From the NCBI GenBank assembly GCA_001796525.1, contig MGMT01000024.1:1-56860 (forward strand): a stretch of DNA of 56,860 bases, written 5' to 3'. Below the pieces are notes generated by a model. It did not search any database, was not told the DNA's origin, and was given only the letters and a program-made list of their open reading frames with translations. The stretch is from Chloroflexi bacterium RBG_13_51_52 (GTDB lineage: Bacteria > Chloroflexota > Dehalococcoidia > Dehalococcoidales > RBG-16-60-22). Position numbers and translations under genes: made by a program. This document shows, one piece after another, positions 1 to 6,981 of this stretch; positions within the stretch are counted from its first letter, which is position 1; each line of letters begins with the position of its first letter.

Positions 1-362
1 GGGGCAGTTTTACTTTCGGCGGAAACCTGTTTAGAATTTCGAATAGCATCTCTCCCGGAGGGCTGTCGGGATACCGGAGAAGTGATAGGCGGTTCTACAA
101 GCTGATTGTCATTTTCAGAACGTGCTAATGGTCGTACAGATTCGGTGTTTTCCCTACCTGCCGTTAATACAGTATTACTGACCGGACGCGGGGTATCAGA
201 AGAAGCAGGCGTACCGATTTCATCAAAACTAACCGTTTCCTTAAATTCATCTACAGTTTCATGAACTTGCAGAGAAGAGCCGTAGCTCGACCTAACCAAC
301 GGTTTAATCACCGGAGCCCGTCCACTTGTGCGCTGAACCAGTCTTGTAAGAAAATCAGCCAT
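1..362 (-). CDS. Partial CDS (N-terminal ~120 aa; continues past left window edge), hypothetical protein of the contractile-tail cluster
   Basis: Minus-strand ATG at 362-360 overlaps the TAA of the upstream gene by 1 nt (TAATG). My manual translation MADFLTRLVQRTSGRAPVIKPLVRSSYGSSLQVHETVDEFKETVSFDEIGTPASSDTPRP... stays open to position 1. It is absent from the ORF track because there is no stop in the window. The sequence after the N-terminus is low-complexity and S/P/T-rich. Confidence 0.55.
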   Translation of the reverse strand, partial: MADFLTRLVQRTSGRAPVIKPLVRSSYGSSLQVHETVDEFKETVSFDEIGTPASSDTPRPVSNTVLTAGRENTESVRPLARSENDNQLVEPPITSPVSRQPSGRDAIRNSKQVSAESKTA

Positions 363-1090
363 TAAGTCACCATATTCATATAATATTGTCGCCGCCAGGA
401 GCTCATGGCAAGGATATCGGCTTCAAACCATCCGTATGCGCGAGAGAGAACATGCACCTGGTACAATATTTGCATAACCTGATTGCCTAATTCCTCCCAT
501 AAAAAACTCAGTATATCCAGCGTCATCGTCCACTTGTGATTGCATTCGATGCAACTTAGAGCAATCTGTATATCGGAAAGCGAGTCCGCTTCCGCCATCC
601 GTGCAATCAGAGTCGAGAGTGTTGCTTCCGGTATATCATCAAAAGCAACTATTTTTTTATTATGCGTTATCTTTAAAACGCACCTCTTCAACAGTTCCTT
701 ATCAGTATCGATTGAACCGGAGTTGATACAAGCCGCTATATCTGCGCTGTCAGGCAACCGGAACCTGATGTTGTAACTATTCAATCTGGTTATTTTTCCG
801 TTTCCGTCCAAGGTGCGATAGCCGCGTAACAGTTCTTCAATATTTAACTTGAACTCAAGTTGGGCGCCGCACGCCGGGCATTCGGTATATGCCTGCATCT
901 CCCGGCCGAAGGTCATTTCCCGCAATGCAAAAAGCAGAGCATCGCGCTGACCAATGCTCAAATGCACAAGTTCATCACGCTCTTTTTCGGGGCAAGCGGT
1001 TGCCAGCAATGTTATAGCCCTATCTAACGGATGCTGGCGCTCACCCCGCTCCCAGATATCAGGGAGTTCGGTTGCCAATAGTGTGCGCAT
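362..1090 (-). CDS. Zn-ribbon protein of phage-tail-like/eCIS cluster (function unknown, possible assembly factor)
   Basis: 242-aa ORF immediately downstream of the tube gene, with a 13-nt gap. It has two Cys pairs (CPAC ... CIEC) that fit a zinc ribbon. It is translationally coupled to the next gene. Confidence 0.6.
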   Translation of the reverse strand: MRTLLATELPDIWERGERQHPLDRAITLLATACPEKERDELVHLSIGQRDALLFALREMTFGREMQAYTECPACGAQLEFKLNIEELLRGYRTLDGNGKITRLNSYNIRFRLPDSADIAACINSGSIDTDKELLKRCVLKITHNKKIVAFDDIPEATLSTLIARMAEADSLSDIQIALSCIECNHKWTMTLDILSFLWEELGNQVMQILYQVHVLSRAYGWFEADILAMSSWRRQYYMNMVT

Positions 1091-1103
1091 AGGCTATACC
1101 CTG

Positions 1104-1634
1104 CTAGGACGGTTCTGTAAAGCTTGGTTCGGTGGGTTCCGTTACGCTGTAATCGCGTTCCCAGCCCTCATTTTCTAACTTAATGCTCTGGATAGCTATA
1201 GCTTTGCCGCTAGCATCCAAATCAGGCACCGCCTGGTATTCAGAGACCCAGCAACGATAAACATTATAAGCCAACGCTACCTGGCCGGCCTCATTATAGA
1301 CTTCTATGGTCAGGTTCTTGCGGAAGTCACTTAACGAGACCTCGCTTCCGAGACCCGAACCGTAGTTCCAGACCTTGTTCGCCCATATCTCGAATTCGGT
1401 ATCATGCGAGACACCACGCTCCAGGGTAATAGCATCGTACTTGGTCTGCCCGGGCGATTTGCGTACCGTGCTGGGGTCGCCGCCACTGCGATGTTCGACA
1501 GGGTCGGTAGTTTTCTTCAGGTTGGTAACCTTACTTATACCAGCAACATACTTACCGTCCCACTTGACACGGAATTTGAAGTTCTTATAAGGATCGAAAC
1601 GTTCTGCGTTTACGCTGAATTCTGCCATTTTCAT
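1104..1634 (-). CDS. Contractile-tail tube protein (T4 gp19-like / eCIS Afp1-Afp5-type)
   Basis: N-terminus FDPYKNFKFRVKWDGKYVAGISKVTNLKKTTDPVEHRSGGDP matches the conserved phage tail tube / 'phage tail region protein' signature. It sits 7 nt downstream of the sheath gene. Confidence 0.85.
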   Translation of the reverse strand: MKMAEFSVNAERFDPYKNFKFRVKWDGKYVAGISKVTNLKKTTDPVEHRSGGDPSTVRKSPGQTKYDAITLERGVSHDTEFEIWANKVWNYGSGLGSEVSLSDFRKNLTIEVYNEAGQVALAYNVYRCWVSEYQAVPDLDASGKAIAIQSIKLENEGWERDYSVTEPTEPSFTEPS

Positions 1635-1641
1635 ACTCCTT

Positions 1642-3225
1642 CTAAGTCTCGATATTTCCGGCTATCTGTTGTATTTTGATTATCACGAATTCAGCCGGTT
1701 TGAGTGGAGCAAAACCCACTAAAATATTAACGACTCCTTTATCGATATCGTTCTGGGTGGTTGTGTCCTTATCGCACTTGACGAAGTAGGCCTCTTTAGG
1801 AGACGTTCCCTGGAAAGCTCCCTTGGCGAAAAGGTCATGCATGAACGCTCCGACGTTGAGGCGAATCTGCGCCCACAGAGGCTCATCATTAGGCTCGAAG
1901 ACGACCCACTGAGTGCCACGGTAAAGGCTCTCTTCGATAAAGAGAGCAGTCCGCCGTACCGGTAAGTATTTCCACTCGGAGGCGATTTTATCCGCGCCTT
2001 CCAGCGTACGTGCTCCCCATACGATATTGCCGTATACCGGGAAGGAACGAAGGCAGTTGACGCCCAGCGGATTCAACCGGCCGTTGTCTCCATCGGTGAG
2101 CTTGACGGTCAACTTCTGCACGCCGACCAGTTTTGCATCCAGACCAGCCGGGGCTTTCCAGACACCACGCTGGGCATCGGTGCGAGCCATGATTCCGGCT
2201 ACCGCACCGCAGGGTACGAACGTTTCCATACGGAACTCTTTTAGTTTATCCGGCACTTTGATGCGCGGGAAGTAGATTACGGAATTTTCGTCTCTCAAAC
2301 CCAGACTGTCGACTCCCGATGTAGTGTCCTCTATGTCGGAAACCTCATCCCAATTCGCAGGCGAGTCCACAATCAACACTGCCCGCCGCTTTTTGCAATA
2401 GGCTAATGCTGTGACATACGTTGCAGTAAGAATATCATCCTCCCGAGTCAGCGGGGGAATGCACAAGAGATTAAACAAGTCGGTATTTTCAAGAGCATAA
2501 AGGCCGGTCTTAGAACTCTCCACGCCAAGGATATCGGTATCATCTATATCATCCCCATCATCGCCATCGTCATTGGAGATGTCATAGGCTGTACCAGACA
2601 AGGCATCCGCGAAAGGATCTGCACCTGCAGATACACTAGCATGAGGGGTAACCGTGGTGGGAACACTACCTGTAACACGGACAAGCGCGGATTCAAGTTC
2701 CAATACCTGCTTGACATAGCGTTTGTGTGACGCATCAGTAGATACATTGCGGAAACTCTCTATTTCACCGGTGCCGTTATCTTTGACGGTAAGGTTAAAA
2801 AGACTGCCTGCCGACTCACCTGTCTCGAGGTCGCGGGTATCATCATCCAACCGAACACGCAGGTCGTTTCCCCAATCTCCTTCACTGGCAGCTTCCAGGT
2901 TCAATTCGTTGGCAGTCACGGTTGCTTTTACGGCGTTATCAGTAGCCGTAGCATCTCCCGAATGAACGACACGTACGATAATAGCATCAGTGCCACCGTT
3001 CTCAAAATACTGTTGAACGGTATAGCTCATCGTGCTTTCTACCCAGAGCCCGCCAAAAGTCCTTTCAAAATCGGCATAACTCTGAACGCGAGTAGGTTCA
3101 TTGCACGACCCTCTCAAGGCTCTTCCAATAAAAGCAGTGATGGAAGTAGCCACTCCAATAATCGTCCGCACGCCACTGGGGAGTTCTTCAATATAGACTC
3201 CAGGGTAAGTAGGTGTGATAGGCAT
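1642..3225 (-). CDS. Contractile-tail sheath protein
   Basis: 527 aa. The N-terminus MPITPTYPGVYIEELPSG...ITAFIG and the C-terminal region ...PLGVNCLR...GNIVWGARTL... are typical of phage/eCIS tail sheath proteins. Confidence 0.9.
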   Translation of the reverse strand: MPITPTYPGVYIEELPSGVRTIIGVATSITAFIGRALRGSCNEPTRVQSYADFERTFGGLWVESTMSYTVQQYFENGGTDAIIVRVVHSGDATATDNAVKATVTANELNLEAASEGDWGNDLRVRLDDDTRDLETGESAGSLFNLTVKDNGTGEIESFRNVSTDASHKRYVKQVLELESALVRVTGSVPTTVTPHASVSAGADPFADALSGTAYDISNDDGDDGDDIDDTDILGVESSKTGLYALENTDLFNLLCIPPLTREDDILTATYVTALAYCKKRRAVLIVDSPANWDEVSDIEDTTSGVDSLGLRDENSVIYFPRIKVPDKLKEFRMETFVPCGAVAGIMARTDAQRGVWKAPAGLDAKLVGVQKLTVKLTDGDNGRLNPLGVNCLRSFPVYGNIVWGARTLEGADKIASEWKYLPVRRTALFIEESLYRGTQWVVFEPNDEPLWAQIRLNVGAFMHDLFAKGAFQGTSPKEAYFVKCDKDTTTQNDIDKGVVNILVGFAPLKPAEFVIIKIQQIAGNIET

Positions 3226-3262
3226 TTTTCGACCTCCTTTAAATAAATTATTTACTTATTCA

Positions 3263-3649
3263 TCAGGCTGTAGCATCTCTGCCGAGAAGTATTTCCACTG
3301 TGACATCCTTGCCGATGTTGTTGGAGAAAATCAATGTCTCCGGTGATGAGTCCAAGATACCTACAGCCCCTTTTCCGATGAAGGCATGAGGGCCATCCAG
3401 GATTATTTCAGTGGCAGTAGTATCATTGACTTTATAAGTTAATTCCGAGCCATAGGTAGATGATTTAATAAGTAAAAATTCACCCATATTGGTGCCGTCA
3501 GGCTGCAGGTTGACACTTAAATCTTCGGTTGCATTCGGAACATCTATCTTGATTTTTTCATACGCCTCGGGGTAAATTTCGCCGGTGATTGGAATCGTCG
3601 TCCCGCCAACCACCTGGAAGCTTAGAGAATACTTTATTGTTTCTGCCAT
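3263..3649 (-). CDS. Hypothetical 128-aa protein, first gene of the sheath/tube operon
   Basis: The ORF track starts it at 3715. An ATG at 3649 (MAETIKYSLSF...) is preceded by AAAGGAGGA at ideal spacing, so I take that as the start. Predicted beta-rich; no family recognised. Confidence 0.6.
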   Translation of the reverse strand: MAETIKYSLSFQVVGGTTIPITGEIYPEAYEKIKIDVPNATEDLSVNLQPDGTNMGEFLLIKSSTYGSELTYKVNDTTATEIILDGPHAFIGKGAVGILDSSPETLIFSNNIGKDVTVEILLGRDATA

Positions 3650-3997
3650 CCGGATTCCTCCTTTAAAAATAATTTTAATAAAATTTAAAGCCCTGCAATT
3701 AATGCAAGGCTTCAAGATATCATCCTATCGGCAAGTTTCTGTTAAAACACGTACCATTAAGATACGATATTTTATTTTTTCTCTTTGAGAGTATCATAAT
3801 TAACCCTTTACAGAGATTTTTTTGTTGTTACAATTGTTTCATGGAATTATTGGTTACAGCTCCTGAATGAACTTGGTGATGTTATATATCAATGACTAGT
3901 GACCTATTATATAGCACTTGGCATGCCTTTTGTCAACATTTATTTCGATAATATATTGGCTTTTTGATATTTTTTTTAGTTATTCGTTAAATGATGT

Positions 3998-4026
3998 TTG
4001 ACAAGTGCCGGTATTTCATATAGTCT
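3998..4026 (+). promoter_or_regulatory. Possible sigma70-type promoter for the GAF kinase operon
   Basis: TTGACA at 3998-4003. Candidate -10 elements are TATAGT (4019-4024, 15-nt spacer) or TAGTCT (4021-4026, 17-nt spacer). Confidence 0.35.
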
Positions 4027-4074
4027 ATTCTATACTTATAATGTAGGCGAAAACAGGTAAAATATTACTGGTAT

Positions 4075-5352
4075 GTGAAAATGGTCGGAAAGAGTAACAA
4101 ACGCCCCAAAGCAACGAAGGAAAAAGAGGAACAACCTTCCGAGGTACTGGTGCTAAGCAGGATTTCAGCAGCGCTTAGCGGTTTATGGGACCTGGATGCC
4201 ATCCTCGGCGTGGGGCTAGACAGCGCCCTGAATATCATGAATGGAAACATTGGAGAAATACTGCTTATCGACGAGCAAACACAGAACCTGACGCGGCAAG
4301 TTTACCGGGGTTTGAGCAAAGAATTTGTCGATAATATACGATTAAGCCTTGGGGAAGGTATTAACGGTAGCGTGGCGCAAAGCGGCAAGGCGGTATTACT
4401 CGAGGATATTGCTTCAGACCCGCGCGTAGCACATCGTGAGCTGGTGGCGGCTGAAGGTCTGAAAGCGTTCATCTGCGTTCCACTTCGAGCCAGAGATGTG
4501 GTACTGGGCGTGTTGAACGTGGCGAGTCGTGTTCCGCGGCACTTTACCACAAACGATATGCATCTGCTGTACGCCATCGGCGACCAGCTGGGAATAGCCA
4601 TCGAGCATGCCCGGCTGTACGACCGACTGAGAAAAGCCCGCGAAAGGATGCGTCGACTCGCGCGCCAGAACCTAGTTGCCGAAGAAGACGAACGACGGAG
4701 AATCGCCAGAGAACTGCATGATGAAACAAGCCAATCGCTTTCCGGGATGGCCCTGCAGCTAGAGGCACTGATAGAAAAGTCGCAGATATCAGGCGACCAA
4801 GATAAAGAACTTGTCACCGGGCTGAAGAAAGTGCAGTCATTAACGGTTCAGGTGCATAAAGAAGTAAGCAGGCTGATTTCCAACCTACATCCGGCATTAC
4901 TGGACACGCTGGGACTGGTGCCGGCTGTCCGGCAGCATGCAGAGATAAGGCTACAGCCGCTGGGGACACACGTATCCATCGAGACAAAAGGAACAGTGAT
5001 GAGATTTCCACCGGATGTTGAAGCAGCCTTTTTCCGTTTTATCCAGGGAGCTATCGGCAATATAGCCCAGCATTCCAAGTGTAAAAATGCTAATATTATA
5101 CTGGAATATAAATCTGAAGAGTTTTCGATGTATGTCATCGATGACGGGCAGGGATTCGATGTTTCGGAGATTACCGATATCGAGGTAAGCGGGCGGGGCC
5201 GCGGTTTATTCAGTATGAGAGAGAGGATAGGTTCTCTCGGAGGCACCAGCGGGATAGAGTCGGAAATCGGCAAGGGGACAACAGTCTGGGCAAAAATACC
5301 CATTGGACAGGAAATAGGATATGCAGAAAATAAGAGTACTGGTAGTAGATGA
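4075..5352 (+). CDS. GAF-domain sensor histidine kinase (NarL-partner type, HisKA_3 + HATPase)
   Basis: GAF-like region ...GEGINGSVAQSGKAVLLEDI...; H-box EEDERRRIARELHDETSQSL; ATPase motifs DDGQGFD and GRGLFSMRERIGSLGG. The start is GTG 4075 or ATG 4081. Confidence 0.85.
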   Translation: MKMVGKSNKRPKATKEKEEQPSEVLVLSRISAALSGLWDLDAILGVGLDSALNIMNGNIGEILLIDEQTQNLTRQVYRGLSKEFVDNIRLSLGEGINGSVAQSGKAVLLEDIASDPRVAHRELVAAEGLKAFICVPLRARDVVLGVLNVASRVPRHFTTNDMHLLYAIGDQLGIAIEHARLYDRLRKARERMRRLARQNLVAEEDERRRIARELHDETSQSLSGMALQLEALIEKSQISGDQDKELVTGLKKVQSLTVQVHKEVSRLISNLHPALLDTLGLVPAVRQHAEIRLQPLGTHVSIETKGTVMRFPPDVEAAFFRFIQGAIGNIAQHSKCKNANIILEYKSEEFSMYVIDDGQGFDVSEITDIEVSGRGRGLFSMRERIGSLGGTSGIESEIGKGTTVWAKIPIGQEIGYAENKSTGSR

Positions 5353-5974
5353 CCACACGATAGTACGGGACGGCATTTGCGCGCTGCTGGCACTGGCGGG
5401 GGATATCGAGGTGGTGGGCGAAGCGACTAATGGAAACGAAGCCGTCAACAAGGTCCGAGAGCTGAACCCGGATGTAGTCCTGATGGATATAGCCATGCCG
5501 ATGATGGGAGGTCTAGAAGCCACCCGGCGAATAAATAAAGAGTTCCCCAAGACCAAGGTGCTGGTACTGACACAATACGACGATAAAGAATATTTCTTCC
5601 CGGTTATCGAGTCCGGGGCACTGGGATTTATCAGTAAAGCCGCCGCTTCTTCTGAACTGACAGCGGGGATACGTTCGGTTCACCGTGGTGACTCATACCT
5701 GTCACCATCGGTTACCAAGTTACTGGTGGATAATTACCAGAATATGGCGGGTAAAAACCCCAGTCAGGACCCATACAACCAATTAACGGAGCGGGAACGT
5801 GAGGTTTTCAAGCTTTTAGCGGAGGGGCATAGCACGCAAGAAATAGCGGAAATGCTGGTAATTACCCGGAAGACAGCGGAGGGGCACAAGACCAATCTCA
5901 TGGCTAAACTGGGCGTGCATAACAGGGTGGACCTGGTTAAATACGCCATTCGCAAGGGCATAATTACCGTCTAA
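5321..5974 (+). CDS. NarL/LuxR-family response regulator (REC + HTH)
   Basis: IRVLVVDDHTIVRDG...VVLMDIAMPMMGG receiver domain; C-terminal LTEREREVFKLLAEGHSTQEIAEMLVITRKTAEGHKTNLMAKLG LuxR-type HTH. It overlaps the kinase gene by 32 nt. Confidence 0.9.
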   Translation: MQKIRVLVVDDHTIVRDGICALLALAGDIEVVGEATNGNEAVNKVRELNPDVVLMDIAMPMMGGLEATRRINKEFPKTKVLVLTQYDDKEYFFPVIESGALGFISKAAASSELTAGIRSVHRGDSYLSPSVTKLLVDNYQNMAGKNPSQDPYNQLTEREREVFKLLAEGHSTQEIAEMLVITRKTAEGHKTNLMAKLGVHNRVDLVKYAIRKGIITV

Positions 5975-6147
5975 GTATCTGAAGGAATCCGGCCCGGTCT
6001 CATTATAAAATCCGCAGTACTTGCCGTATATTTTCATCTGTTCTTTCATCCCATGAAATACAGGGGTTTTTCCCGCGTATCTTTGGGGTGAATCCCCTGT
6101 TTATCTTCTTTTGCATCTGTCCTATATTGGCTTTATAGGGGTTTAAG

Positions 6148-6975
6148 GTGGAAAGGGGGCTGAAAATGGAAAAGAAACATACGGTCCTGATTGTTGATGA
6201 TGAAAGCGATTTTGTCGAAGTTTTGAAACAAATCCTCGAAAAGGAAAATTTTATCGTTGCCTCCGCCTACGACCGTGAAGAAGCAGAGCGCATGGTGCGC
6301 GCTCACGAGCCGGGGATTATTATCCTAGGCACAATCATGCCCCGCGGAGATGCATTTTTATTCCACAAGTGGATGAAACAGACGTTGGGATTCGGCAATC
6401 TGCCTATAATGGTTATCAATGCCCCGCCCGAAAAGCAACTGCTCAAGGGGTGGCGCATGGATGAAGGCATGCAGATGGACGCCGAAGATTTTCTCGCCAA
6501 GCCCGTAAAACCCGAATCGCTGATACCGCGTATTCAGGCTTTGCTGGACAGGACGACCAAGAAAATAAGGGTGTTGATAGCGGACGACCATGCCGTGGTC
6601 AGAGACGGGATAAGGTCGGTGCTGGCACTGCAAAGGGATATGCAGGTAATCGGTGAGGCGATAAACGGAAAAGAAGCACTGGAAAAAACGATAGAACTGA
6701 TACCAGATGTGGTGGTCATGGACATCGTTATGCCGATAATGAACGGGCTGGACGCCGCCAAGGAGATATGCCAGAGATGCAAGACCGCCAAGGTTTTAAT
6801 GCTGACACAATACGATGAGGAAGAAAACGTTCTGGCCAGTAAAAAAGTAGGTGCGGTGGGTTTTATACCTAAAGCCGCTGCCAGTTCCCGGTTGCTTACC
6901 GGCATACGTTCCGTGGCGCGGGGCGACCAGTCATGGATAGAATCACTCCAACCGCATATCGAGGAGCAGAGGTAA
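6148..6975 (+). CDS. Tandem receiver protein without output domain (degenerate REC + NarL-type REC)
   Basis: REC1 has LIVDDESDF but GIIILGTIMP, with Gly where the phospho-accepting Asp is expected. REC2 (IRVLIADDHAVVRDG...VVVMDIVMPIMNG) is a close paralog of the receiver at 5321-5974, and the protein ends without an HTH. The start may be ATG 6166. Confidence 0.8.
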   Translation: MERGLKMEKKHTVLIVDDESDFVEVLKQILEKENFIVASAYDREEAERMVRAHEPGIIILGTIMPRGDAFLFHKWMKQTLGFGNLPIMVINAPPEKQLLKGWRMDEGMQMDAEDFLAKPVKPESLIPRIQALLDRTTKKIRVLIADDHAVVRDGIRSVLALQRDMQVIGEAINGKEALEKTIELIPDVVVMDIVMPIMNGLDAAKEICQRCKTAKVLMLTQYDEEENVLASKKVGAVGFIPKAAASSRLLTGIRSVARGDQSWIESLQPHIEEQR

Positions 6976-6981
6976 GCCCAA

